A DNA stretch of 64,000 bases from positions 620,001-684,000 of the forward strand of contig NW_027191415.1 of assembly GCF_041146345.1 (NCBI RefSeq). Reading direction: 5' to 3'. The notes under the pieces are model-generated. The model had not been told where the DNA came from, did not search any database, and was given only the letters and a program-made list of their open reading frames with translations. Each line of letters starts with the position of its first letter. Within the stretch, counting starts at the first letter, position 1. This DNA is from Neodothiora populina. Lineage: Eukaryota. The position numbers and the translations under genes are program-made. Below, one piece after another: positions 22,159 through 35,465 of the stretch.

Positions 22159-23153
22159 TTACTGAGAGGAGCCACCAGAGATCGTGATAACTTGGCCTAA
22201 GCAACTATCGTTAGTGGAGTGTATGTGCAGGTACCAAAGTCAGACTTACCGTTGACCCAGCCACCGTCGTCGCTGGCAAGGAATGCAACCACCCGGGCTA
22301 CGTCTTCAGGCACCGCACACCTCCCTAGAGGGCAATGTTCCGCCATCAACTTCTCAATCTTCTCAGCTGGCCAATCAGAACTTCCTCCCGGGATATATCT
22401 CCACGCGTGGGTCTGTCATGGAGATCAGCTCGTTGTTATGAGTTGTATAAAGGAGAGAGAAGGGGTGGTTGAGGAGAAAAAATGAAAAACAGGGACAAAT
22501 TAGGGTGAAAGAAGAAAGAAGCGGACTGCTGTACGAACCGTGAACATGTCACTCTTAATACCGCCTGGGGCAACACCATTGACTGTGATACCGCGCTTGC
22601 CAAAGTCTGTGGCGAATCCCTTAATCATTCCAATAACAGCCATCTTGGAAGCGTTGTAGAGGACATGATCACCAACACCAAGCAGACCAGCGGCGATAGA
22701 CGACATCAGAATCAGACGGCCGTTATTCTCGAGATATTTCCATGCGGCCTGTCCAACAAAAAATTGTGCGCGAGCGTTGAGATTGAAAACGTGGTCGTAT
22801 TTGTCTTCTGTGATGTCCTCGGTTTTGTCCCAACTTTCAGTACCGCTGTTGCTCATGACGATATCGATCTTGCCAAAGTGCTTCTTGGCCTCTTGGAACA
22901 GGCGGTCGATTTCTGCCGGCTTGCTGACATCGGCTTGGATACTAACGGCCTTTGCGCCATTGTCGAATGACTCGATGATCTTGACCACTTCTTCTGCGGA
23001 AGACTTGCTGCTCTGGTAATTGATGACAACGCTGGCGCCACGCTGGCCGAGCTCGATGGCACATCCTCGCCCGATGCCACGACCGGCACCAGTGACAAGG
23101 GCTACCTTGCCATGGAGAGAGGCAGAAGGAACTGTGACGACGCCTTGAGACAT
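22159..23153 (-). CDS. Hydroxynaphthalene reductase-like SDR (DHN-melanin pathway; T4HN/Arp2-like); exons 23153-22539, 22412-22250, 22196-22159
   Basis: Motifs TGAGRGIG, DIVMSNSG, YNASK catalytic motif, VAPGGIKSDMF, AWRYIPGG and GWVNGQVITISGG; two GT-AG introns. Confidence 0.8.
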
Positions 23154-24579
23154 CTTTCTCTATTGGTGTATGATTGATTGATTGATTGATTTATCCAATG
23201 ACTTTTTACAGTACGAGGCGAGTTCAACGAGAATGAGAAAGAAGTGAATAAGCAGAGAAATGAGGACAAGACAGAATGAATAGCAAACCAAAAAATAAAA
23301 CCAAGGTAACAGGCACTTTTATAACTAGCAACAACAACAGATCTACAAAGCCTACCTAATCTTTTACCTACCGTACCATTTCCCCCTATGCCGAAGGTTT
23401 CTTTCACATTCCGAGTATAGGTGATGCCCGCCGGACTTGGGGAGCCGACGTCTACAAGCCCGAACGACGAAGCCGCCCAGCGAGGCTTTGGCAAGCACGC
23501 AACATATACGTCCTCACGCAAAAGCCGTAGCTATCGGCTGCCGTCGCCAGTCTCGAGTCCGAGGCCGAGAGTCCGGCTAGACTACAAAACACATGCACGA
23601 CAATGGCACCCCTCGAGATAAGCGTGGGACGAGCAAGTGAAAGTCAAATATAGAATTGAGTTGTCGGAGAATTTGTGTCGGGCGGGAAGGCTTAGTAAAT
23701 CGGACGGGTAAGGCGGGGCAGCACAACGCGCGCCGAGTCGGAGAATTGAAACGTCGACGTCGTTTGCGTGACGCGCAAAGTGTTCTAACAACGCGTTCAG
23801 CCTACCTTACCTTGCCTCATGATGCTCATATATGTCAGCGCACAATATTGGACCTCTTGCACAATGTTCGTTATGAAGTCTGTTGAATTTGTGGGCTGCC
23901 CGTCTCAACGCCCATGAGTAATGGGTCCCTTATAACACCGGCCATGCATTTAACCACCATATCCACCGATTACGCCATTAGGTGCTATCTCTAAACGAGT
24001 GCCCCTCAGTCCGTCCCGCCGATAGTAAAAGAATCATCAATGAAAATGAAGAAAAGGAAAAGGGGGCCTTGGTGTGAACGTGGCTGCTGTTTGAGAGCAG
24101 ATTCACGGAGAGTATTAGTGCTCGTTTCGTCGTTCCAGTCATGAACATTTCCCCCGGGTAAGTTGACATGCCAGTCTGTGTGATGAAAAAGGAAAAAGAA
24201 CCCGAAAGGAAAATAAACCGATATACTGTGCTGCGAAAAAACAAGGGGTGGGCTGCCGGTGGCACGAGAACCGCGAAACATCAAAGGTGCATGCTGCAGC
24301 TATGTCCTTAATAGCGGTACTGAACACGGAAGGGTCAGTACCAATAGGAGGTACAACAAGCAGTCCACATCGGTAGTCTGCAGTCAACTGTCGCAGGCCC
24401 AGTGGGTATCAATCCGAACGCCGTGTGACCTTTCACGAAACGGCAGACCATGGAAAGTGAGTGTGATGTCCATTGGACTACAGCGAGCTACAGCGAAAAG
24501 TCAGCAATGTCAACGAAAACAACTCAGGGATGCAATAGCTTACCGTCTGGCTGAAAAACAGCGTTCATCAGTCACACAT

Positions 24580-26606
24580 CTACCAGTTGTGGCGTGCGTT
24601 GGTGTTCGCCCTGATTGGGGGTAGCACGAAGCCGTTCTTCATCTCGCCGCGAACGAAGAGAGAAGCGCGCTTGAAACGCCTATCGGTGTACTTCTGGAAG
24701 ACGGCATTGTGGTGCTTCTCAGGCTCCTCACAGCAGTCCACGATGGTCGCCAGGAGATGACGCATCTGGGAGTACGTGTAGTTGGAGTAGTACACGTGAC
24801 CGGACGTCCATTCGCCTTTGCGCAACATGAGACGAGCAAGGCAGTGCGCACCAGCTGCGAGGAAACTAGGAACGGCTTCCAGGAATCTCTCGTCGCAAAT
24901 GGTAATCTCCAAGAAGTACTTTGCGAGAGTCCTGGTCTCAAGATCGTAGTCATCGGCCTTGCTGATGCGTCGGAGGAAGCTCATTGGGCCGGGCCATCCA
25001 AGTTCGAAGTGCAACATGCTGAGCATGAAGCGCTCAGCCTTGAGGATTTCCTCTTGCGAGTAGCCGTTGTCGACCATGTAGACGATCTCCTGGATCGAGG
25101 GGCAATTGACCTCCTCGTACTTGGCAGCAAGGAATAGAGCGGTGGCGCCGACCAGCTGAAGCTTTCCCATGGAGACGACCTTGACGGACAGGAAGCGGTC
25201 GATGTAGTTGCAAGCCAGGAATAGTGTCTCGGGCAAGAGCTGGAAGCGGTGATGGACCTGAACCACCCAGTCCACCAGGACAGAGCGCATGGACCACTGG
25301 ATGTCCTGCTGGAAGTCCATGTAATGGGCGTTGGGGCGCATTTTGTTCTAAAGCAGGTGAGTATTTGTAGAGACACAAAAAGGATGGGCTTGCTTACCTC
25401 TAGCTCGCGCATGTACGCGAAGATCTCCTCGCCATATTCGGCGACCATCGATGTGTCCCACTGCTCCTCCTCGACATCCTCTGCTGTGCGACTACCCTCA
25501 ACCAGGCTTCTGGCTTCATCGATTTCGATTTCGACGCTCTTGGTCACCTTGGGTGCCAACACGATGGTAGTTGCCGTTGCTGCGCCGACTGTGACGTTAC
25601 GAGTATATTCGTCCACCTCGTACTCCTCGTCGTCATAGTCCGACTCCACGCCGTTCCTTGTTAGGGCTTGGTGTTCAAGAGCTAGGATATATTGGTCTTC
25701 GACCGAGCTGGGGACGATAGGCGCGGTGGGGAGTGTGGTGGGCTCGCGGACTGGTGCTGTGACAGCCTGGACGGGGCCGGCTTCTTCGGCGATAGAGTCC
25801 AGCTCAGACTGGGCCGTATCGTCGCCTGATTCGTCGGCTCCGTTGGATTCTTGCTGGCCGGCAGTCGCCAGCGCGTCTTCGACTTGCTCGATACTGGCAG
25901 CTTCCTTGAGTACCGATGCGCTGCGCTTTGGTGCGAGCTTTCGTGGCGCAGCTGCGGGTGCATATGGAGCTGGGATTGCTGAGGCAGCCGCCTTGGTCGA
26001 GATGGTGGTTGCCACGGCCTGAACAGCAGCCTTGACAGCAAGAGGACGTTGTGCCGGCTTGGCCAATGGCGCGAGCTTCTGAGACTCCTGCGATGTCGTC
26101 TTCAGTGACTTGACGTTGATTGCCGAATCGTCCTGCGCAGATGGAGCGCGAGAAGTGTTTGAGACATCTGCAAACGCAGCTCTCTTGCCGCCATTGCGCT
26201 GAGCGCCACTCTGCATGAGAGAAGGCAAGGCTGGAGCAGACTTGTTCTTCTGGTGCAGTGTCTGTTTGGCAGCAATGGGTGCATTCTCGTCGTGAATGCG
26301 CAATGCACGGACGGGACGTTGAGGCTGCGAACATGTCAAAAGGGCTCCAAAATGATAAGTGTCATTGTCGACACAAAGCAGTAATTCATATGCATCGTGT
26401 CTTAATCCAACGCAAGCAGCCCTGTTGTCAGTAGGTCCTAAAGCAACAGGAGCTCGTCGGACAGTATCGCATTCAGGTAAGAAACGCCTCTCCGGACGCG
26501 TCGCACACGGTGGGCTGGGCAGAGGAAACGACAACGCAAGTTTGGTAACTTGCTGTGACAAAAACATAAAAGCAGGAAGGGGAAGAAGGATTACCTTTGC
26601 GTCCAT
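24580..26606 (-). CDS. B-type (Clb3/4-like) cyclin; exons 26606-26595, 26324-25398, 25347-24580
   Basis: D-box-like RAAFADVSN, DTSMVAEYGEEIF, and cyclin box MRSVLVDW...AAKYEE...PGPMSFLRRISKAD. Confidence 0.92.
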
Positions 26607-28262
26607 TGTATGGGTCTGACTGTTGAATCAACAATTGATGGCGATGAAAATAGTACCTCTCCCTCGCGATAAGTCAGGTGGGATGATGAGCGGAGCGGGC
26701 TTTGCTTTGTTGATGGAAGCTAGATGTGTAAGTGAAGAGCTTCACGAGACGCCGGCCGACCGTCGATTACCAGAGCGCGCGATCAGCAATATACAAAAGG
26801 AAGATACGCGAGACGTCTTAGTGCGATGAGCCCATGTTATGATTTTCTTGTGTGTATATTTCTGCTTTTGGTGCTAAGGGTGCGCTGGGAGGTCTTATTA
26901 CAGTACACACAAATAAAATAAGATTGGAGATTTGGGTATTCCCTTTGTTGTTTCTGTCAACAGTAGTGTACACAAACAAAGTCCTGCCAAGGCCCTGCTG
27001 GCTCTCCGAACACTAATGAGAGAGCTGCAGCAGCGTGCAGCATCTGGCGGTAAATGCAGTGCGGGAAAGCTTCGGCCAGGGGATGGGACCCACTGCCAGG
27101 AACGGGTTCTGGCAACTCTGTTTCAACTCGGGGTAGGGAAATGTACTTTGTATTTCCGTACTTGTAGCTCGCACTACTGCTGGGCCATGTTTTGCCCGCC
27201 CGCCCTAGGGCATCTTGTACTGTTCGCAACACACGATTCTAACTAAGATGTATTTATTTTCCATATTATCACCGGCTAGTAGTGCACTAGTAATGGCGGT
27301 GAATATAGATGAAGTCTCGCCAGTAAGAAGGGAGGGCACCCTTTGGCTAAATACTTTTTCTCTTGCTCTTTCGCCACCTCCACCCGTGGTGTGGTGTGGC
27401 CCCGTTGTCAAGTAATAAGGGCCTGATCAAACAAAGGTCAATGACCGTTTTTTACCCCCCCCCCCTCAATCTTCGAGAGTGAGATAACAAATGTGGCAGC
27501 TGCGAAAAAGCCCTTAGCTGCGCCCGCTCGTGCATGCGACAGCAAGGAAAGCTATGACGTCGCAAGCTGTGGTGGTCGCGTCTTTGGGGCTTCACACGTC
27601 TTCCACCCGGGCCAGAAGGCTGCCATGATCATCGGAAAGCCTTGCACCCCTTGAAATAATGGTTCAAGGCTGCGTATCTATATTCATAACTGTATTCCAA
27701 ATCGCTACAAGAAATTAAATATGCCTTCGACAGAGGTTGTGGACAGGTTTCCTCACTGCACAATATTTCGCCTCTCGGGCTAGGTTTGACAAGCCAACAA
27801 TCGCGGACGGGCAGCGTTCTCACGTGACGTAGTTTAACTACATCCGTTACTTGGTTCCCAATCCGTCCAAGACATCTCGCTCATTGTCAAGGTAATTCTG
27901 GTCGCATTCCATGTTAAAATGGATTGCATAGTCGCGACAATTCATGTAGCATATCGTGCGACATTGTCAGGCGCAGCGCTGCTGCTGGTATCGGCGACGG
28001 CATGCCGCCTGCGGTCAAATGGGCATATGACGGCAATGCAATGACCCACGTCTTCTGCCTACCGACAAGCTGCTGCCAAAGTTGTGCTTGTTTATATTTC
28101 CTAAAAGCTGAACCGCTGCGACGACCTGACCTACAAGTGCTTTGGGGTCATATGGAATGTGTTGAGGTAGTTGGGAGTACCTGAGACTCGAGCCGGGAAA
28201 CTTTCGGTATGTCGGTACCTGATGGATGCGGCGCGGAGGTGGGCCATATCACACCGACGCTA

Positions 28263-28287
28263 GAGTGGAGTGGAGTGGAGTGGAGTG
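28263..28287. repeat. (GAGTG)5 microsatellite
   Basis: Perfect pentamer run. Confidence 0.9.
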
Positions 28288-30192
28288 TCGACACGAGTGC
28301 TTTCTGATTTCTGTTTCTAAAGAAGCGCTTAGACATTTCCCACAAGAATTTCAAAAACAATTCGTCGAGAAGGGCATCAGAGTAAAAGGAACTCGACAGT
28401 AGTCTTGTATTGCGCTTCAGTGTATACATTAGGTGCCGTCGATCCGACTGGCTCGACCCACCGGCGCTATCGCATCCTGAGGCGGGCAGCGGCTAAGAGG
28501 TAGGTTGAGACTTGTCGCATCGCAAGCATGACAGCGCAGCCACCTGTCAATGGCGCGGAAGATGGCACATTGCAATTGTCGAGTATGCGCGACCGTCAGG
28601 TGAAATGCGCAAGGTGGCCGTATGCGCCGGGGCAGACCGAATTGGACGATGCGGATCCAAAAACGATGCGGTCGAGGCGCAACGGGTACAGGCGTGGATG
28701 GGCAACATCAAGGTATGCTCCCACCCAATGAGGGGTTGTAAGGTGCTACAGTGCCCGAAAGGAAAGCTTTCGAGTTGTACGATATGCAAGAGAGCAAGCT
28801 GTAGTCTAGCGCGACCACCTCATTGGTGCTCGTGCGCAGGGTGGGAATGACGGACAAGTCGCTCAGCATGTGCGATGAGCGGCGATGGTGACATGGTTGA
28901 AGGTCATCGTGTGTGCGTGTGGGAGCAGGCTAATACGTATGATACAAAGCAAAAGCAGACCACCATTTAGACTGCACTAGAAAAGACGGGCTATCTCGCA
29001 CGAAAAGACTTGGCTTTCGGGGGAAATGCTATGGCCGGGTGGGCGCTATGTGCTACTGTATGGACAAAGAAAACAGAGTCAGGCAAGAGTGGTGGCAGTG
29101 GCATCGAGGGCTAAAGTATGCGTTTAGTAGATAAGTGCGCACGCAATTGATTGAGCGAGCACCAAGGGTAATCCTAAAGAAAGATTGGAAGCCGACGGAA
29201 GATGCATCACTCGCCGTCCAAGTAAAATGATATGCGACGGGGCGAGAGAGCGAAACCAAAGAGAGGCGAGAGACAAGATGCAGCGGCGGGGTCAGAGAGT
29301 AAGAGGGCGGGCAGATAGTAAAGTGTTTCAGAGGTACAGTTAATGCAGGATAGTGTAGGATAGGGTAGAGCAGGATAGAGTACCCAGGGTAGTCTGGGAT
29401 AGTCATGACCGCTTATGCGTTGGCCAGGCCAGAAGTCTTGCCAATGGAAAGGGTAAAGGGTCTCCACTAGTACTAGACCACTAGTACTTACTCTCTCTCG
29501 AATGGCTTCGCTCAGCCGACTCAACCTTGCACACCACTCTTTCTCCATATCCAAACCTCTTTGTGCATCTGTCTTTTGCTGTTCCAACTCATTTCTGCCA
29601 TCTGAATCCTCTCTCATCGTCTCCATCTTCTCTCAACCCGCCTGTATCGTGCATATCAGCCTCTCGTCGTCCCGGACATCCGGACTGTCTACCGCTCATT
29701 TGACTGGCGACGACAAGGTGCGAATCAGCACTTGCTGCATCAAAAACAACCAAATTGAACCATCTGACACCCTTTCAGGTCCATCGTCGTGGTTTGCGCA
29801 TCGTTGGGTACATTGACTGGGTGCAAGATGTATGTCAATCGTGAAATTCCATGTCATGACGCCCGCTCTTTCCACTTCTGGCGGCACCTCAGCTTGCCGT
29901 TCCAGGAAGGAGTGCGCAGGCACAACCAACACTCATTGATGCCCTGTCACTCTTGGATCATCATCACCACCACCAGCCTGCCCTGTCTGGCTGCTCTGGA
30001 TTCATCTTGATCGAGTCTGATGCTAATTCGAGGACATTTGCAGTACCCTCGTTTCTGACACACCCCTCCCTTTGCGCCAACCGCCAGAAGCCACTGCCTG
30101 CCCACCTCACCGACCCACACACAGCGTCGACAAGGGTCAGACACTGTGGACTACTCCTAGACAGAAGCAAAGAGGCCGTCCAGGCCTGTACA

Positions 30193-32300
30193 ATGGACGT
30201 CGGTAACCTCCTCGCCGGGGCTGCCGCTCACCTCGAGGGTGAGGCCGACGACCGAGCACGCAGTCGGCAATACCCGACTCGTCCTCCACACCTGTCGCAA
30301 GGCATCCACCTGCCTGCCAGACAGTATGAGGGATCCATTCTGTCTCCGACCAGGCCTTCCGCCGCCATGGTCAACGAACCCCGCCCCTCGCCTGGTGCGA
30401 GACAGCAGAAGCAGGTCACCTTCGAGCTGGTCTTCCCAGAGGGACAGAACCGGGCTCGTCTGCCCATGCGTGTCATGATCTCGCCACACGACACCACTCT
30501 CTCCATCATCACCACCGTCAAGAACTTCTACGGTCTTTACGAGGGTCCCGGCCTCATCTTCCAGGATGAGGAGCAGAACATACTCATAGCCAGTTATGAC
30601 AACTTCCATCACGGCATGACTGTCTGGGTCACCGTCACTCCCCCAGATCCTACTGTTGCGGCTGCCAGTGTCCGCTCTCCCTCGACGACGTTGTCTCCGA
30701 GGAAGCCCAAGCATGCCGCTGCCCTGGACCTGCGTCCTCACACTCATTCTTCAAGGCCCGCCTCGCGCACGGCGTCCCGTCCGGCATCGCGCAACGCTCG
30801 TCCACGCAGCTTGTCGCCCCAGTCTATCCGTAGTCACAAGAGCGCTTCGGCTGCTGCCGCTGCTGCTGCCAAAGCCCGCTCCCGTGCCCCGAAGCCCCGG
30901 GAGCACGATGTTTATGCTGACAATTACAGCGATAGTGACGAGGGCAATGGCTCTGTCACCAGTTCTCGCCGCGAAGCACATGTCAGCGCTGAGATCAGCG
31001 TCGACAACATTGTCGAAGGAGGGAGGAGGAAGAGAGCCAAGTTCGACAGCTCGGTGAGTAATCCCCCTGTCCCCCCCGGCTTACTACAAGCTTTTGTCCT
31101 ATATCCACGCACAATTACTGATACGATGCTCTCGTGAAGGAACTGCCGCTCTTTGTACCACCTCAGGTGCCTGCCTCCAACTCCATCTCCTCTCACTCTC
31201 CCCAGAGGCGAGCTCTTGGCGATGTCGCAGCTTCCCCCTATCTCTCCAACCAGCGCAACTTCACCTTCCAGCAGCCTCTGCCATCCCCCCAGAGCTACAC
31301 GCGTCCCGAGGCCTCGTATGGCCAGTACGGTGGCTACGCATCTCACCCTCAGCAGTTCCGTCCTGGCCACGTTACTTACGGACCTCCTCGGCAGTCCACC
31401 GGGGGCATCCTGCCTACACCAGAGCCTACTGCTTGCAGCACAATCTCAGATGAGGATGTTGCTCTTCAATTGATGCGTCTGGGAGATGCTTCAAACTTCT
31501 CTTATGGCCGTACGTCCACTTCGACCATGGACGACGCCCTGAGTGGCAAAGCCGAGGCAGCCTCCTCTGCCGAGGAAAGCGAAGAGGCCGATGACGAGCT
31601 TCCGCCCAACAAAATGGAGTCTGACATGCACCCACTTGCGAGCCGCAGGAAGAAACAGCGTGCTCTTGCAAACACACTAAACAGCACCGACAGTGTTCAG
31701 TCGAGTAGTGACGAATACGATGAACCCTCTTTCAAGGGGGAGAGTGACGAGATCTTCCCCTTTGACTATGATACTGCCTCTCCAGACACTGAGCGGAGGA
31801 TGATCAAGGCCAAGGTGTTTGCTGTCATGAAGCGCGATTCCGCCACTGCGCTACCCGCCAAAGTTGGCAAGAGTCGTCCGCCTGGCCCGATCAAGACCAA
31901 GCCTAGGTCTACATCGGCGGCAAAAATCCCCATCTCGCCCGCCTCTCTGCCATCGCAGTCCCGTAAGACTTCGGCTGCGTCCACTATCAACTTCCAAGCC
32001 CAGTATGGTGCTGATGAGGAGGATCTCTCATCCAAGCCTCGCTGTCAGCGCTGCCGCAAAAGTAAAAAGGGGTGTGATCGTCAACGCCCCTGCGGCAGAT
32101 GCAAGGATGCAGGCATAGGTGCAGACGGCTGTGTGAGTGAGGATGAAGGCAACGGTAGGAAGGGTCGCTATGGTCGCCACATGGGCGTTCCCGTCAAAAA
32201 GGGCTCCGAGGCGGGCTTCGGTTCCCTTACTAGCTCTACTAACGGTGACTTCATTGCACCTGCACGTCCCTTGGACAAGAACAAGAAGAGGAAGAGGTGA
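30193..32300 (+). CDS. Conserved fungal protein with C-terminal Zn2Cys6 finger; exons 30193-31053, 31140-32300
   Basis: N-terminal folded segment (RARLPMRVMISPHDTTLSIITTVKNFYG), C-terminal RCQRCRKSKKGCDRQRPCGRCKDAGIGADGC and NLS KKRKR; an 86-nt intron joins the ORFs in frame. Confidence 0.85.
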
Positions 32301-33565
32301 AGTCACACGCATGACACTTGTTGGGCTTTGGCCATGTCGAGTCGAGAGCAACCGCGTTGCCCAGCTTGAAGGCCCCCCTTTATCACAGTACACATTTTGA
32401 CCTACATTCATGCTCTCGTCAAGGTCACTTTCCTATCTCCTTTGTCTCGGGCGCGGGATCTGGAGTATGTGTGCAGGGGCGTTGGTCAGTTTTCTCTGAA
32501 TGTTAGAGTATATTGGTTGCAAAAATCACGATGCGATGATTGCCTTCCTTTTTCTGTCCTTCACACTGCAACAACATACACACATATACACATGCTGGCA
32601 GAACGTTACAGCTTCCCTTGCACCGCCAGCACATAGGCCCCTCCACGAGTCCTGACATGCAGACTGGGACTACTTCACGTTCCCCTGGTCCATCCGCCAT
32701 GGCCCTGCCTCAGTCACTCCTTTTCTCCCTTCGGTTATGATGCGACGCGCCCTGTTCCGGCTACTGCCGCACATTGCCACCATCTTCCCTCCTCACAAAA
32801 GGTCGATGCTACCATTCTTACATGATCGTGCTGGTAAGAGGTCAAACAGAATACTCGGTAGCCAGTCACGTTTAGTCTAAGACACTCGAATTCAGTCAAG
32901 GTAGTTAGGCATTCGCATTCACTCAGTCACTCCTTTTTGGACGACGGAAAGACCGTGCTTTCACTGTCGTAGCTCGCGCTCGCGCAAAAAAGCACACGTA
33001 TCACATTAGCACGACCAAGCCCCGAGGGGAGGGGCCTCGAGTGCTCCGAGTCTAGGGTCAAGAGCAGAGAGAAGGACAAAGACTTATGGCCAGCGGGAGT
33101 CTTGCCGGTCGCATCGCCACCATCATCACCACCGGTCAGCTCATCTACTCTGGGGAGCAAAGGGAAGACGAGCCGGCAGATCATCTGGGTATGGTTGGTT
33201 TCGGGGTACAATCTTGTTCCCCTGCTTTCTTTTTCCGTTTTTTCTTCTTCTGCTACCAGTTCCTGTCGATTGTCGCATCACAGGTTGCATAAAGATGCAC
33301 CAGTAGCGAATGAAATAGCGATCGAAGCGCTTCGGACAGCCTTAAGACAAGCCCGTGTCCTTCTGGAAGGCATCTGATCCGAGTAAGAGCGAGCATTCTC
33401 GAGGCCTGTGCGCACTTTGTCCATGCACCCCATGTCATTCCATCGCCTAAGTTTATTCATCGACCAACCGTGTACCATACCTAACTGTGGAACCCTCAGA
33501 GCAGACGGGCGGCCCGCTATCGCCTACCATAGATCAAGTGACTCACGAGTGATTGTCCCGGGCAT

Positions 33566-33593
33566 GGACCTTGGACCTTGGACCTTGGACCTT
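33566..33593. repeat. (GGACCTT)4 tandem repeat
   Basis: Four perfect 7-mers. Confidence 0.9.
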
Positions 33594-35465
33594 GTTGAAC
33601 AAAGCACTGATTTAGAGGGCACATGATGCGCGAGTGAGCCGGTCCGCCGCCGCAGACCCAGACAATCGACATCCGCGCCGATGTTCTTTCTTGTCGCGGA
33701 GTACGAAGGTGGAAGCAAATCAGAGTGATGAGAATGACGCAGAAAGCCCACCGGAGCGTGTTTCCTCGAGAACTAAACCCGAGCCCTGACACATTCGGTG
33801 ATTCGAGAATGAGACGCATGGACATGCCCGTGGTCAGATACTCCTGCCGGTTATCCACTTGTGCGGGTTTGTGCGTCACACGGGGTACATGGTGCATCTC
33901 CTCGCTCGAGGCACCTACCCAATTGATTGCGGTTTTCTTTTCTTTTTCTCTTCTTGTTTATGTGGGCTCGCGCTCGCTCGATGATTGGGGGATCTCTTGG
34001 GGGGCTGCTGCTCACCGACCTTTTGCGCGATATAGTGGAATTGGACATGACTATGGGATGATGTGCATAATCTGGCATGCGATATGTCGTGCCTGAGCGA
34101 CGCTTTGACCCTTTTAGGGCGCTGATTGTTCAGAGGGCAACCCTGTCCACATCGTGTCGACGATGCTATCGCGAGAATCGGTCTTCTTCGCGGTGACCTT
34201 GCTTGCTCGTCACCATCGCACGGTCTGTAGCCCTTCCACACTTTTCGGTCCGCTTATTGCTGGGAGCCTTCTCAAAATCAGACTATTTGAACATCATACC
34301 TCATGACAAACGTCAGAAGGTCCAAGTTTGGCAAGCACTCACCTTGCTCCTCGTGTATCCTATGTTGCCATCATCATTTAATTCCATTTTGCAACAAGTA
34401 CACAAACTTAGAAATCATATTCGATTCGATCAGTGGCATATACAAAAGCCAGGTAGATCAGCGTGAGTGAATGTCATCGTATTGCCCTGACTATAGTTCC
34501 AGAATGTCTTGCGCTTCGTGTTGATCATGTCCAAGACAGAAATGAAACAGGATGATATAAAGTGCTGTATATCAGCCCAAGCAAAAGCCACACTACTTCT
34601 CGAAACCTCTCAGAAGACCCAACCTCATTACTGTACTCGGCTCGCATATCATCGGTCGAGCACAATATTCATGACGATCGAGCCAATTCGCGAGCGATAT
34701 ATGGGGTGCCACACTCGGCGTCATGATCGCTCTTCTATTTACCATGCGCTGGATCAGCGATACAGCACTTCGGTACAAGTAATGGTTTCCCGAATGTCAG
34801 TACGAAGGACCGCCAAGTACTAACGGCACGCCGCGATCCATATAGCCAAAACAGTAGAGGACCCAAGCGAAGTCTGAAGATAGGGAGCCAATACGGCACT
34901 AAAGTACTGCGGATCACTAAGATTGCTGTACTGTATGGACTAGAGCATGTATATACAAAGCGCCAACTTCACTCGATAATCCTCACATACAAGTACAGTA
35001 GTTACCTTATCATACTATCACGATGTCTTTAACGCTGGAGACGAGGCGCGCAAAGTGAAGTAGTCACAAGTACCATTTGCAGCCAAGAATAGCATGCTTT
35101 CGCTTCTTGGCACATTCCTTGCCTGGAAGTAAGCGCGCCAGGACCAAGCGTTGGCGCCTTGAAACGCTTCCAGTATTGGAGACGCCCATCCCAAAAATAT
35201 GGTCCAGACAATAGATGCGTCTGACTGGACAGCGCGACCGGGAACACAGAGTCAGGAGCGCGCAGACAAAGTAGCTGCAATAAGTTTTCCACAGTCCCTG
35301 AGTAATGCTCTGACACTGCTACTCGTGCATGGCGCATAAGTTGATCCTGGTCTTGAGGGCTGGCTGGTGAAGTGACTGACTATACTTTCTTTACCCCTCG
35401 TGCCCCTCATTTAGATCGTCTGCCCTTGACATCAATAATCAAGAAAGCTACTCGAAGGATAAGAC

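Noticed and set aside
22159..23153. Secondary-metabolite (melanin) gene cluster
   Set aside because: No PKS, scytalone dehydratase or Cmr1-type regulator nearby; neighbours are housekeeping genes.
29953..30192. His-tag-like N-terminus (MDHHHHHQ) of the Zn2Cys6 protein
   Set aside because: Starts at TTG inside a predicted 5'-UTR intron; ATG 30193 is preferred.
32400..35400. Many short ORFs in the long intergenic region, and antisense ORFs over real genes throughout the window
   Set aside because: No recognisable motifs, mostly non-ATG starts; antisense ORFs are expected shadows of codon bias.
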